A stretch of 63,446 nt of DNA, filler included, from Thermoplasmatota archaeon (lineage in GTDB: Archaea; Thermoplasmatota; E2; JACPAO01; JAHFTW01): the NCBI GenBank assembly GCA_041623215.1. It is 5 parts of 5 records of this genome, joined end to end, with 100 filler letters (N's around TTAATTAATTAA, not from the genome) between each part and the next. Parts side by side here need not be neighbours in the genome. Positions count along the whole stretch, not along the records: positions 1 to 13,370 come from JBFJXH010000045.1; 4 more parts are not named here. One strand, 5' to 3'. How positions within the stretch are numbered: position 1 is the stretch's first letter; each line of letters starts with the position of its first letter. A program made the translations under genes and the position numbers. Of the stretch, positions 1 through 9,735 are shown piece after piece. The notes under the pieces were generated by a model, which worked only from the letters and a program-made list of their open reading frames with translations, searched no databases and was not told where the DNA came from.

Positions 1-430
1 CATCCGAGTTCTTGAAGCCGCTGAAGGTAAAGCCGTCCACGACGACGCTGTCCGCCACAATGGCCATGATTTTGTTCTTCTCGTCCGGCTTGGCGGGACC
101 CACGAGGATGGCCTCGGAGGCAGCGTCGCTTGCACTTCGCAGCGAACCCGCGGAGGGCCTCGGGTCAACACCCATTTGGGGACCTACGAGCGCAACCGAT
201 TCATCCACTAGCAGCGTGTCAGTCAGGACGTAGGTTCCGGGGCGCACTTCAATGGTCCAACCGGGTGCTGCCGCGTCAATGGCAGCCTGAAGGTCAGTGT
301 AGTTGCAGCCCGACATGACGGTGGGACAAACCACCGCATCAGGCGCCGCTTGGCCGTTCAGGCCGGGGGCGATGGTAAACGCGAGCAGAAGCGCCGCGCT
401 GGCGATGACGAGACGTCGAAGGTTTAGCAT
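1..430 (-). CDS. Secreted right-handed parallel beta-helix (pectin lyase/NosD-like) protein, N-terminal part, runs off the window edge
   Basis: Absent from the ORF track. Manual translation from ATG at 430 gives a signal peptide (MLNLRRLVIASAALLLAFTIAPG), then YTDLQAAIDAAAPGWTIEVRPGTY and VVVDGFTFSG, which are typical of beta-helix N-termini. Confidence 0.8.
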   Translation of the reverse strand, partial: MLNLRRLVIASAALLLAFTIAPGLNGQAAPDAVVCPTVMSGCNYTDLQAAIDAAAPGWTIEVRPGTYVLTDTLLVDESVALVGPQMGVDPRPSAGSLRSASDAASEAILVGPAKPDEKNKIMAIVADSVVVDGFTFSGFKNSD

Positions 431-616
431 ATAGACTACCTACCGCGTTTTCGAGCCATGCTGCCCGTCTTAATCTTTTTGAACTGTAAAAGAGGCGGCG
501 CAGGGCCCACTGCCAAGACGCCAGGCGACGCCTGGAAGCAGGTACACGGCCTACCCGCCACGGCACTTTCACTCACCCGGTGCATCTTGCTATGCCTACC
601 AGGTCCATGGACCGGC

Positions 617-874
617 ATGGCCCGCACTACGCTAACCACCGGCGCTTGCCCCGTCTGCAACGAATCCGTCGCCCGCACGGTCACCCTGCACCACGGTCTC
701 CAGCGAGAAACCTTCCACTGCCAACAGCATGGCTCACTGACCTACGGAGCCCATGACGTACCCTTGGCCGCCTTGTCCGCTGCCCGCACCACTACCTACG
801 GGAGCCCCGGTGCGCCAGCCATCCTCTCAAGCGCCGAAACCTACGGCCACCTTGGCCTTGACTGGGTCCAATAA
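617..874 (+). CDS. Small putative zinc-ribbon protein
   Basis: MARTTLTTGACPVCNES...FHCQQHG has CxxC and CxxH pairs. Start chosen at ATG 617 inside ORF 458..874. Confidence 0.55.
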   Translation: MARTTLTTGACPVCNESVARTVTLHHGLQRETFHCQQHGSLTYGAHDVPLAALSAARTTTYGSPGAPAILSSAETYGHLGLDWVQ

Positions 875-906
875 GCCTTAACAGGAAGTCTTGACCCAAA
901 GCACTC

Positions 907-2079
907 GTGACCCACCCTCTAGGCGGTCTTCCGCGCCTACCAACCGCGCAACGTTACGCGGGCAGTCAACATACGGGCGTTCTGCCCACCGGCTGCATGC
1001 AATGCCGCGAAGGTGCCAAGCTCGTGCTGTTTGTCACTGGGCTTTGCGACAAGGAGTGCTTCTACTGCCCTGTGAGTCGCGACCGCATGTACCGCGACGT
1101 GGTCTTCGCCAACGAACGGGCAGTGCCCATCGGCGACTGGGATGCCATTACGGAAGAGGCCCGCCTCATCGATGCCAAGGGGGCAGGCATTACCGGCGGC
1201 GACCCCATGGTGGTGCCGCAGCGCGTAGTGGACTTGTGCACACAACTCAAGGCCACGTTTGGCCCACAATTCCATCTACATCTCTACACCAGTTGTTCCT
1301 TCGACATAGCATGGATTGCCAAACTGAAAGAGGCAGGCCTTGATGAGATTCGCTTCCACCCGGAAGTGGACGAGTATAGTGCTATGGCCGATTCTTGGCA
1401 CGACGAAGCCATTCGGGAAGCCATCCGCGTCGGCCTCACCACCCTCTGTGAGGTCCCTTGCGTGCCCGATGCAGGCGACGATTTACTGGCCCTGGCCCGC
1501 TATTTGGAGTCGGTTGGCGCCCATGGCCTGAACATGAATGAGCTGGAGTTCAGCCCACCCAACATGAAGGCACTCCAAGGCCGCGGCTACGTCACCGCCG
1601 ACGATGAGTCCCAATGCGTCGCGGGCAGCCGGGACACCGCCGAAGCAGTCCTCTCGGCTTGGAAGAGTCACCGCCGCGACACGGGGAGCAGCTTCGCCGT
1701 CCATTTTTGTTCCTCCCCCTACAAGGACGCGATTCAACTCACACAGCGTTTCCGGCGCCGAGCCGGCAACACAGCTCGGCCGTTCGAAGAGCAGACGGAA
1801 GAGGGCACCCTGGTCTTCGGCGTGCTCGTGCCCCAGGACGGTTTGCCGGGCGAATTGGCAGAGCGCCTGCGTTCTGACTACGAAGTGCCGGCCGAGTGGT
1901 TAACCGTCGTTGAAGGCCACGTGGAGCTTGCACCTTGGGTCGCCGAGGAGCTCGCCGAGGCGGGCCAGCTGCGGGACCTTGGCGCGTCTGGCTGGATTTC
2001 GGAAGTTCACCCCACGGCGGTTCGCGTTGAAGTGGAACGGACGCCACTGGGCCATGGAATGCCCGGCGCAGCGGCCTGA
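907..2079 (+). CDS. Radical SAM protein (archaeal COG2108-like, function unknown)
   Basis: GCMQCREGAKLVLFVTGLCDKECFYCPVS (CxxxCxxC), GITGGDP, LDEIRFHP, NMNELEFS. Confidence 0.9.
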   Translation: MTHPLGGLPRLPTAQRYAGSQHTGVLPTGCMQCREGAKLVLFVTGLCDKECFYCPVSRDRMYRDVVFANERAVPIGDWDAITEEARLIDAKGAGITGGDPMVVPQRVVDLCTQLKATFGPQFHLHLYTSCSFDIAWIAKLKEAGLDEIRFHPEVDEYSAMADSWHDEAIREAIRVGLTTLCEVPCVPDAGDDLLALARYLESVGAHGLNMNELEFSPPNMKALQGRGYVTADDESQCVAGSRDTAEAVLSAWKSHRRDTGSSFAVHFCSSPYKDAIQLTQRFRRRAGNTARPFEEQTEEGTLVFGVLVPQDGLPGELAERLRSDYEVPAEWLTVVEGHVELAPWVAEELAEAGQLRDLGASGWISEVHPTAVRVEVERTPLGHGMPGAAA

Positions 2080-2125
2080 AGCCGGCACAAAAGGAAGGGG
2101 AAGGGGAGAAGGGATTCGGAGGCGT

Positions 2126-2890
2126 TTATGCTTCCGGTTCGTAGAAGATGACCTGCATGTTCTTGAGGCCGTCGTTGGTCACTTCCCAGAAGTAGCCCTC
2201 GAACATGGCATCGAACACGGAGACATCGGTTTCATCAGCCTGAATGACACCGTCTTGGTCGAAGTCACCGGTGGCGCGGAAGATGTCGCTGACGTCGATC
2301 TTGTCCGGGCTGCCGGTCTTGCGGTTGGCGTGAATGGTGCCGGTCCAGTAGAAGCATTCTACGAGGTTGCCCTCTTCATCGAGGCACTCGTCCTTGACGA
2401 TGCCATCGAAGTCAGCGCAGGCACCGGGCTTGCCGAGCATGCGCACGGCGACCTTCATGTCGGCGGTGCCCACGGGGACCTGAATGGTAGCGCCGTCGCG
2501 GTCGGTGGCGTCGCGGTCCAACATGGCAAAGCCATCGTTTTCGGCATCCGTGACGAAGTAGATGCGCTCCTTGTCATCAAGGACCGTGTAGAAGGGGTCG
2601 CTGCTGCCAGACTCGTAGCTGGGGTCGCTTTCGCAGACGAAGGGCTCGCCGTTGGACTTACCCTTGTTTTCCGAGTGGAGGCTGATGAACATCGAGCGAC
2701 CATTGCTGTCGTCGCCGGAGCCCTGGTAGTCGTTAGGGCGTCCGATGACGTTGAACTTGTAGAGGTGTTTGCCGACGCCGTTTTGTTCGTCGGGGCTGGG
2801 CTTTCCGGCCATGGCTCCACTGGGCATGCTGGCAACAACCAGACCGAGCACCACGAGGCCAATGGCGACTTTCGTCGTTTTGCTGATCAT
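2126..2890 (-). CDS. Secreted acidic hypothetical protein
   Basis: N-terminal signal peptide, strongly GC3-biased codons, followed by a pyrimidine tract. Confidence 0.75.
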   Translation of the reverse strand: MISKTTKVAIGLVVLGLVVASMPSGAMAGKPSPDEQNGVGKHLYKFNVIGRPNDYQGSGDDSNGRSMFISLHSENKGKSNGEPFVCESDPSYESGSSDPFYTVLDDKERIYFVTDAENDGFAMLDRDATDRDGATIQVPVGTADMKVAVRMLGKPGACADFDGIVKDECLDEEGNLVECFYWTGTIHANRKTGSPDKIDVSDIFRATGDFDQDGVIQADETDVSVFDAMFEGYFWEVTNDGLKNMQVIFYEPEA

Positions 2891-3043
2891 AACGATCGGA
2901 TTCGACGAGAAACCGACCCTACTTGAGTGGCACGGATTGGCCTAGCGGCCAGACCCCAGGAGACAACGGCCGCCGGGACCGCGTGCAGCCTGCCACCGCT
3001 TGGCGCCCCTTATGTGCCGGACCCGACTGCCCGGCGCGTCGCC

Positions 3044-4600
3044 ATGGTCCGCGCCATTGTTACCGATCCGCTTGCTCCCGAAGGCCTCGCATTGATTGAG
3101 GCGGCGGGCCATGACGTGGCCACGTTCCCAGAACCAGACGCGGCTCGGCAGGCCGGAGCCCTTGCGGACGCAGAATTGTGGGTGGTGCGAAGCGGCACGA
3201 CGGTCACGGCCGCCGACCTAGACGCCGCTTCCCAGCTGCGAGCCATCGCCCGAGCCGGCGTCGGGGTGGACAACGTTGACTTGGAGGCCGCCACCGCCCG
3301 CGGCGTCGCCGTCTTCAATGCGCCCACAGGCAACATCACCAGCGCCGCCGAGCAAGCATGGGCCCTCATGCTGAGTGCGGCGCGACGAACGCCGGAGGGC
3401 GACGCTGCCATGAAGCAGGAGGATTGGGCACGCAAGCGCCTCAAAGGCGTCGAGCTCGCCGGCAAGACACTCTTCGTGGTTGGGCTTGGACGCATCGGAC
3501 GCATGATGGCCGCCCGCGCGCAAGCCTTCGAGATGACAGTGACCGGCTACGACCCCTTCGTAACCCCAGAGGCCGCGCGGGGCTTTGGGGTCGAATGGTT
3601 GGAAATCGACGACGCCTTGCCGCAAGCAGACGTGGTCAGCCTGCACACGCCTCTGCTGCCCCATACACGCCACACGTTGGACGAGCGCCGCCTGGCCCTG
3701 GTCAAGAAAGGAGCGATTATCGTAAACGCCGCCCGCGGCGGCCTCATCGACGAAGAGGCCCTGCTGGCATCGCTCGAATCGGGGCACGTCCACGCAGCGG
3801 GCATCGACGTCTGGGAAGAGGAGCCTCCGACCGATTGGCGCCTTGCCAAGCATGCCCGAGTTGTGGCAGCCCCGCATCTGGGTGCCTCTACCTCCGAGGC
3901 TCAAGTCAAGGCGGCTACGCAGGCGGTCGGCCGCGCCCTCGATTTCCTGGCATCCGGGGACGCCGGCCTAGCCGTCAATGCGCAAGCCAGCCTCGATGGG
4001 GCAGCCAAGCCGTGGGCCTTGCTGGCCGAGCGCCTGTCCGGCTTTGCGACGCAGTGCTTGCCCCAGACGATGGACCGCCTGACGGTTGCCACCACGGAAG
4101 GGCTTCCCCAGGAGGCCATCTGCACGCATGCCTTGGTTGGGGCCGTACGGGCCACGACCGATGATGCGGTGAATGCCATCAATGCGCCCAGCATGGCCAA
4201 GCAGCGTGGTTGGTCCGTCGCCACGCAAAACCTGCCGGAAGACTCCCCCGGCTTTATTCGCATCACCGCCGAAGGAGGCGGCCATAGTGTGACCCTGGAG
4301 GGCACCCACACGCCCCATTATGGTTCGCGCGTCACAAGCCTCGACAATTACGATGTGGAATTCCGGCCGCAGGGCCGCTTCCTCATGACGCGCCACAGGG
4401 ACGTGCCGGGCGTTTTGGCACGCCTGCTAGCACCCCTGGCAGGCGCCGGCGTCAATGTCGCCAATGTCTCACTCGCGCGGCATCAATCCGATGGGTCAGC
4501 GGTGGCCGTTATTCGGGTAGATGGCGGCATTCCCCGGGAAGCTCGAGATGGCCTTCGTGGCTTGGATGATGTCTTCGAAGCGCACCGGATTCGGCTGTAA
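3044..4600 (+). CDS. serA: D-3-phosphoglycerate dehydrogenase with C-terminal ACT domain
   Basis: RAGVGVDNVD, GLGRIG, VNAARGGLIDE, PHLGAST and ACT motif HRDVPGVL. Start trimmed to MVRAIVTDP. Confidence 0.93.
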   Translation: MVRAIVTDPLAPEGLALIEAAGHDVATFPEPDAARQAGALADAELWVVRSGTTVTAADLDAASQLRAIARAGVGVDNVDLEAATARGVAVFNAPTGNITSAAEQAWALMLSAARRTPEGDAAMKQEDWARKRLKGVELAGKTLFVVGLGRIGRMMAARAQAFEMTVTGYDPFVTPEAARGFGVEWLEIDDALPQADVVSLHTPLLPHTRHTLDERRLALVKKGAIIVNAARGGLIDEEALLASLESGHVHAAGIDVWEEEPPTDWRLAKHARVVAAPHLGASTSEAQVKAATQAVGRALDFLASGDAGLAVNAQASLDGAAKPWALLAERLSGFATQCLPQTMDRLTVATTEGLPQEAICTHALVGAVRATTDDAVNAINAPSMAKQRGWSVATQNLPEDSPGFIRITAEGGGHSVTLEGTHTPHYGSRVTSLDNYDVEFRPQGRFLMTRHRDVPGVLARLLAPLAGAGVNVANVSLARHQSDGSAVAVIRVDGGIPREARDGLRGLDDVFEAHRIRL

Positions 4601-4614
4601 ACACGAGGGCCGGG

Positions 4615-5397
4615 CTAGCCCGTCAGGTGGGCGAACAGGTCATAGAAGGGGCCGCGCGCATCCTGACCGCCATCAACCGGCACCACGATGCCGGTGACGT
4701 AGCTGGCGGCTGAACTCGACAAAAAGAGGCACGCGTTGCCAATCTCATCCACTGTGCCGTGCCGGCCTAAGGGAACCGATGCATCCACAGCATCGCCAAG
4801 GCCAAAGTCTTCCGCCAGGCGCTTCATGCCCTCCGTGCCGCCAATGGGTCCGGGGCTTACGGCGTTGACGCGGACCTGGGGAGCCCATTCGACCGCCAGG
4901 CTTTTTGTCAAGTTCAGCACGCCCGCTTTGGCTGCGCCGGAGTGGCTCACCATGGGGGCGCCCGTCCATGCATAGCCAGCCAAGATGTTGACGACGTCCC
5001 CGGGTTTTCCCGATTCCAACATGCGTAGCCCGATGGACCGACTTGTGTTGGCAGTGCCGTTGAGAACAATGTCAATGACCGATTCCCAGGCGTTGGCACT
5101 CATGCCGGCAAAGGGCGTTGGAAAGTTGCCCGCGGCACAGTTGACGAGTGTGTCCACGCCGCCGGCTTCGAACGCTGCCTTGGCTGCCGCTTCCACGGCG
5201 TCCTTGTCGCGCACATCCATCACGTGGTAGCTCGTGCCGGCCGCGCCAGCCGCATCCAGTTTCGCGCATGCCGCCTGCAGGCGCTCCTCGTTACGACTGG
5301 CGATGGTGACGTGAGCCCCGTGCCGCGCGTAGGCTGTGGCAATGCCAAAGCCAATGCCCGTGGCCCCTCCGGTGACAAAAACGCGGCGATTGGCCAT
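4615..5397 (-). CDS. SDR oxidoreductase, 2,4-dienoyl-CoA reductase-like
   Basis: TGGATGIG, NCAAGNF, HSGAAKAGV, VPVDGG. An alternative GTG start lies at 5442. Confidence 0.88.
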   Translation of the reverse strand: MANRRVFVTGGATGIGFGIATAYARHGAHVTIASRNEERLQAACAKLDAAGAAGTSYHVMDVRDKDAVEAAAKAAFEAGGVDTLVNCAAGNFPTPFAGMSANAWESVIDIVLNGTANTSRSIGLRMLESGKPGDVVNILAGYAWTGAPMVSHSGAAKAGVLNLTKSLAVEWAPQVRVNAVSPGPIGGTEGMKRLAEDFGLGDAVDASVPLGRHGTVDEIGNACLFLSSSAASYVTGIVVPVDGGQDARGPFYDLFAHLTG

Positions 5398-5573
5398 GGC
5401 GTCGGGGCGAAACGGTGAGGTGTCAGGTTGTTGCTCAGTCACAAGCTGGCAGGACGGTGCGCCCGGATAAGAGCCCCGGCCCAAACCAGGCCGCAGGCAA
5501 GGACGAATACCAGTGTCAGCGCAGGCAGACGCACGAATGCGAGCCACGACCGCCGGCCAATGGGGTTTTTGAA

Positions 5574-6899
5574 GTGCCCACCATCCGGCTCTTGTTGTCC
5601 GAACTCAACCCGGCCCAACACCGCTTGTTGGAACGCCACATTGAACGCGCCATCGAAACCCTCGAGGAAGCGGACCGCCTTCTGAAAGGAGCCGTCGCAT
5701 CAGAAGTGGCAGCCTGCATTCGGGAGATCAGGGCCGTTACCAGCAAGGTCCAGAAGCAGGAGGCGCCCACCGTCGCCTTCGCGCTCGGCCAAGTGCCGGA
5801 GCATGTGGTGCCCTACCTGGAAGATCCCTTCGCGCAGGGCCTAGCCTTCAATCTATTCTGTGACCGCAAAGGACTCAGCCACACGCGCGGCGGCAAGCAG
5901 TGGACGGGCGGGACCGTTGCCGTCTCGGCACGCAACTTGCCATTTCTGCCGCCCATTTTCCACGACTTGTGGCACGAGGGGCTGGTGGAGAAGACGCGCC
6001 TTGTGGCCATCGGTAACCGCAACCTAACGCCCGACGGCTACGAGGAGGTGGCCGACTGGATTCGCGAGCGGCGCAAGGAAGACCTAGACCAGTTGCTCCT
6101 GAAGATACCGGTCCAGTACCTCGCTACCGGTCGCCGCGGGCCCACGCAGGCGCTTGATGCCGCCAAAGAGCATGGCTGGATGGAGCGCTTTGCCACCGTC
6201 GATGTCCCTGAAGACCTGGTCCGCGAGGCGGAAGCCCACCATGAAGAGGACGGCGACGATTACGAAATCACGCCGGCCGAGGCTGCCATGCAGGACCTAC
6301 GAGCCGGTGTGGGCGGCGTCCCCGTGGATGAGGCCGTCATGGAAGTGCTGGAGCAATCGCCGCAGCCCTCGGCCCTGGTGGAGAAGTTCCTGACGGGGCA
6401 CCGCGCCAGCAATGACGCCGAACCCTCTAGCATCAGCAAGACCCTCTTCTTTGCCCACGCCGGGCCCATGCAGCGGTTGGTGGCCGACGACAAGTTGTTG
6501 CTGCGCCACTTTCGTCAAGTAAAGACGCAAAAGCGTGGACAACTCTTCTACAACCTGCTGGAAGTTCTGGAGGAGGCCATTCTGGAGCGCCAGCACTTGG
6601 CGAACCCGGACGAGCGATGCGTCCGCGAGGAGCAGGGGGCGGAGTCGGTGCGCGAGGCGATTCACACGCTGAACAAGGACCCTAATCGCCACCTCGTCAT
6701 TCCAGAGGAATGGCTAGGCGAGGTCACCAGGCGACACCTGTACTTTGGCAGCCGGACACGGAAGGAAGGCGCCGCCTACAAGTGGTTCCGCAAGCTTCCC
6801 GGTGGCTACTTCCTTGGCTCCTTCAAGACGGAGGAAGAGCGGGCCGAGAAGGAAGCCCGCAAAGCGGCCAAGGCTGCCGCTGCGGCAGACGCCGCCTAG
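5574..6899 (+). CDS. Hypothetical cytoplasmic protein
   Basis: Long ORF with coding-like composition and no recognised motif. The GTG start at 5574 is uncertain. Confidence 0.7.
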   Translation: MPTIRLLLSELNPAQHRLLERHIERAIETLEEADRLLKGAVASEVAACIREIRAVTSKVQKQEAPTVAFALGQVPEHVVPYLEDPFAQGLAFNLFCDRKGLSHTRGGKQWTGGTVAVSARNLPFLPPIFHDLWHEGLVEKTRLVAIGNRNLTPDGYEEVADWIRERRKEDLDQLLLKIPVQYLATGRRGPTQALDAAKEHGWMERFATVDVPEDLVREAEAHHEEDGDDYEITPAEAAMQDLRAGVGGVPVDEAVMEVLEQSPQPSALVEKFLTGHRASNDAEPSSISKTLFFAHAGPMQRLVADDKLLLRHFRQVKTQKRGQLFYNLLEVLEEAILERQHLANPDERCVREEQGAESVREAIHTLNKDPNRHLVIPEEWLGEVTRRHLYFGSRTRKEGAAYKWFRKLPGGYFLGSFKTEEERAEKEARKAAKAAAAADAA

Positions 6900-6971
6900 C
6901 CTAGGCTTTGGCCCCGCCAAACCATGCGGTGGTGCGGGCCACCGGCCCTGCGTTGGTGAAGCGCGGTGAGC

Positions 6972-7967
6972 CTACGACGAGGGCAGGAACGGATTTACGT
7001 CGCCCGCCACGAAGGACCACCCCTCAGGTGCGGGCAAGTAGTAGAACACCGAGACGAACAGTTCGAAGTCCTGCTCCAGCGTCACGGCCACCGTGTCCAC
7101 GTCGAAGTCGCCGCCCGCCCACGTGAACGTGCTGAACGTGGTCTCGTGGTCAATGGTTTGATTCACGACCGTTTCGTTGTCGCCGTCCACTTGGAGTCGG
7201 ATTGGGCTGTAGCCCTCTGGCTCGCGCGCCAGCTCGAGGCCACCGCACACAGGGTCACAGCTCCAGTTGAGTGCCACGCGGGTGTCAAAACTGCCCTGTG
7301 TGCCAGCACTGACTTCGGTAGTAGGCTCCCACACTTGCTCAACAACGATGGTTCGGAAGAAGTCACCATCCACGGTGAAGTCCACCTGGACGGCACTGTT
7401 ATCCTGCTTCAGGATGCGTTCCCCCGGGAAGACGGGGTTGTCCACACACGGTAGAACCGTCGTGAGGTCACAGGTTTGTCGGGGACTGCCAACTCCTTCG
7501 CCACACTCTTCGGACTTGATGACAATGACGTTGATTGAACAACTGATGAAACCGTTGAACTTGTCCGTTAGCATGTACGGTTCCTCAAGGATGACGCGGA
7601 CCAGTTGGAACTTGAGAAGTTCCGGACGCTCCACGCCGGCCTCCACCACCGTCGGCTGGACGGCACTGTCGTAGAGTGGGTGCGAAGCTTCAACCTCGTA
7701 GGCCGCTGGCGCTAGGCCGCTAATGACGAAGGCACCAGTTGCATCAGTCTCCGCAGTCTTTTGCGTACCAATAACAGAAATCAAAGCCCCCGCAATGGGG
7801 CGAATGGAATCATCCACGACCACGCCGCGAATGCCGCCGGTGGACGAGGTTACATCCACCTCCCCTACGTCTGAACCGTCATCAACGACCGCAGGGCCGT
7901 CGTCCGTGCAACCGGCGAGAAACGTGCCAAGTAGTAGGAAGGCAACAAGGGCAATTCTGGCGTGCAT
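6972..7967 (-). CDS. Lipoprotein with carboxypeptidase-regulatory-like (prealbumin-fold) domain
   Basis: Lipobox FLAGC, then GGIRGVVVDDSIRPIAGALISV...TDATGAFVISGLAPAAYEVEAS. Confidence 0.8.
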   Translation of the reverse strand: MHARIALVAFLLLGTFLAGCTDDGPAVVDDGSDVGEVDVTSSTGGIRGVVVDDSIRPIAGALISVIGTQKTAETDATGAFVISGLAPAAYEVEASHPLYDSAVQPTVVEAGVERPELLKFQLVRVILEEPYMLTDKFNGFISCSINVIVIKSEECGEGVGSPRQTCDLTTVLPCVDNPVFPGERILKQDNSAVQVDFTVDGDFFRTIVVEQVWEPTTEVSAGTQGSFDTRVALNWSCDPVCGGLELAREPEGYSPIRLQVDGDNETVVNQTIDHETTFSTFTWAGGDFDVDTVAVTLEQDFELFVSVFYYLPAPEGWSFVAGDVNPFLPSS

Positions 7968-8092
7968 ACGTGTTGACTAGTATCGGCCCTTATGAGTGCT
8001 TGCGGCGACGCCTCGAGGATTGCGGCCGCAGGCCATCTACGGATGCCCGCCAAATACCCCGCAATGAAGGTCGTGACGACTCACCCGGGTCC

Positions 8093-8118
8093 AAAGGAAG
8101 AAAGAAGGGAAAAGGGAG
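8093..8118 (-). terminator. Pyrimidine-rich putative terminator after rpoN
   Basis: Minus strand reads CTCCCTTTTCCCTTCTTTCTTCCTTT immediately after the operon's last stop codon. Confidence 0.5.
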
Positions 8119-8129
8119 CGTCGCCGAGG

Positions 8130-8321
8130 TTACTCGTACGGCGACGCGTCGACGATGAGGTCCTTGTGGGCCAGCACCATGCGGCGGCAGCAGAAGCGCT
8201 CGAGGCCACTGGCGTCGAGGGCTTCTTTGCCTTCTTTGCCTTCGGCGATGGCCGCCTGGTAGTCTTCCCAGGCGCTGCCGACGACGCGACCACAAGTGAA
8301 GCAACGGACAGGAATGATCAC
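8130..8321 (-). CDS. rpoN: DNA-directed RNA polymerase subunit N (Rpo10)
   Basis: (M)[13 protein letters not shown]...RFCCRRM, directly downstream of rps9. Confidence 0.95.
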   Translation of the reverse strand: MIIPVRCFTCGRVVGSAWEDYQAAIAEGKEGKEALDASGLERFCCRRMVLAHKDLIVDASPYE

Positions 8322-8325
8322 GAGA

Positions 8326-8730
8326 TCACCTGTACGACTTCTGGCGCTTCTTGCGGGCACCACGGCCGAGGGGTTTCTTGGACTCCTTGACACGGGTGTC
8401 GTTGACAAGCAACGTGCGGTCGTAGGCAAGGTATTGCGCCTTCAGCTCGTCGTCGTTGGTGTACTCCACGATGCCACGGGCAATCGCCGTGCGAACGGCG
8501 TCGGCTTGACCCATGACACCGCCGCCTTGGACGGTGACCTTGATGTCGAGCTTGGCAGCCTTCTTGCCGGCAATGAACAGGGGCTCCTCCATCTTGAGGC
8601 GGGCCAGTTCGCTGCCGTAAACGGCGAGGGGGACCTTGTTGACGCGGACGCGGCCTTCGCCGCGCATGACGGCGGCACGAGCCACGGCGGTCTTGCGCTT
8701 TCCACTTGTGTTGATGACCTTCTTCGCCAT
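8326..8730 (-). CDS. rps9: 30S ribosomal protein S9 (uS9)
   Basis: [32 protein letters not shown]. Confidence 0.97.
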   Translation of the reverse strand: MAKKVINTSGKRKTAVARAAVMRGEGRVRVNKVPLAVYGSELARLKMEEPLFIAGKKAAKLDIKVTVQGGGVMGQADAVRTAIARGIVEYTNDDELKAQYLAYDRTLLVNDTRVKESKKPLGRGARKKRQKSYR

Positions 8731-8732
8731 GG

Positions 8733-9275
8733 TTATTCCTCCTCCTCATTCGCGGCTGCCGCTGCGGGGGCGGCTTCCGTTGCGGCCGGCGCTGCCTTCG
8801 CGGCGGCGGGGCGTGCGTCGCGGTCTCGCGGGGTGCGGGCCGGGTGCTGCGTCACGGTGACGGGGCGGCCGAGCCGGCTGGAGAGTTCGGCGACGGTCAT
8901 GAAGACGCGGGGGTCGCGCTGGGCGTCCGCCACGACTTGCGTGGATTCGTTGGCCAATTCCTTGGGAACGCCAATGTGGGCTTGGATGCGCCGGTAGGCG
9001 TCGCGGCCGCGAGGCGTTTGGTACTTCAGCATCCCGCGCACGGTGCGCTTGACGATGAGGTGGGGCTCACGGGGGAAGAACGGACCCTTACGCATGGTGC
9101 CCACGGTGCGCTTGAACTCGTAGCGCTCCTGGATGGCCTTCTTGCTGCTGCCGGAAAGGATGGCCTTCTCGGCGTTCACGATGTGCACGGTTTCCCCGTC
9201 CAAGGCACGCTTGGCGACGTTGGTGGCCAGGCGGCCGAGAATGTGGCCGCTGGCGTCAATCACGGTGGTGGTCAT
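8733..9275 (-). CDS. rpl13: 50S ribosomal protein L13 (uL13) with Ala-rich/acidic C-terminal extension
   Basis: [38 protein letters not shown]. Confidence 0.95.
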   Translation of the reverse strand: MTTTVIDASGHILGRLATNVAKRALDGETVHIVNAEKAILSGSSKKAIQERYEFKRTVGTMRKGPFFPREPHLIVKRTVRGMLKYQTPRGRDAYRRIQAHIGVPKELANESTQVVADAQRDPRVFMTVAELSSRLGRPVTVTQHPARTPRDRDARPAAAKAAPAATEAAPAAAAANEEEE

Positions 9276-9280
9276 TTGGT

Positions 9281-9652
9281 TCACCCGAGAATCCTGCACT
9301 TCTCACCCTTCGGGAAGGCGTTGGCGCCTTCGCTCATGGTGAGGACTTTGCCACCGGCGGCCTCAATTTTGGCGCGCGCGGTGGAACTGGCGTTGTAGCA
9401 GACGACGGTCACGGCGCGGCCGATGTCGCCGGCCCCGAGCAACTTGCCGGGGATGAGCGCATTTTCGCCGTCGCGAACGTGTTCGTCTACCTTGCTGACG
9501 TTTACCTGTGCCCAGTTGCGAGATGGCTTTGCTAGGCGCAAAGCGACATCTCGCCAGATGGGGGCCTCATTGTCACGACCGGCGTTGGCGAGGTCGTTGA
9601 TGAGGCCGACGAGCACAGGATTCGACTTGTTGTCGATTCCTTTCAGTGCCAT
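9281..9652 (-). CDS. rpl18e: 50S ribosomal protein L18e (eL18)
   Basis: KSNPVL, APIWRDVA, VNVSK, IPGKLLGAG, AKIEAAGGK. Confidence 0.95.
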   Translation of the reverse strand: MALKGIDNKSNPVLVGLINDLANAGRDNEAPIWRDVALRLAKPSRNWAQVNVSKVDEHVRDGENALIPGKLLGAGDIGRAVTVVCYNASSTARAKIEAAGGKVLTMSEGANAFPKGEKCRILG

Positions 9653-9735
9653 ATGTCTGACTCCTTCGATATCGCGTCCCTGGGAGGGGACTTGGCGGCC
9701 GACTTGCATCGCCTATAAGACTGATTGGGTCGTTT

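Noticed and set aside
1910..2926. Long alternative ORFs (also 13916..14995, 19945..21237, 46023..47132, 53011..53985, 60955..62103)
   Set aside because: They are antisense shadows of well-supported genes, as expected in high-GC DNA, and carry no motifs.
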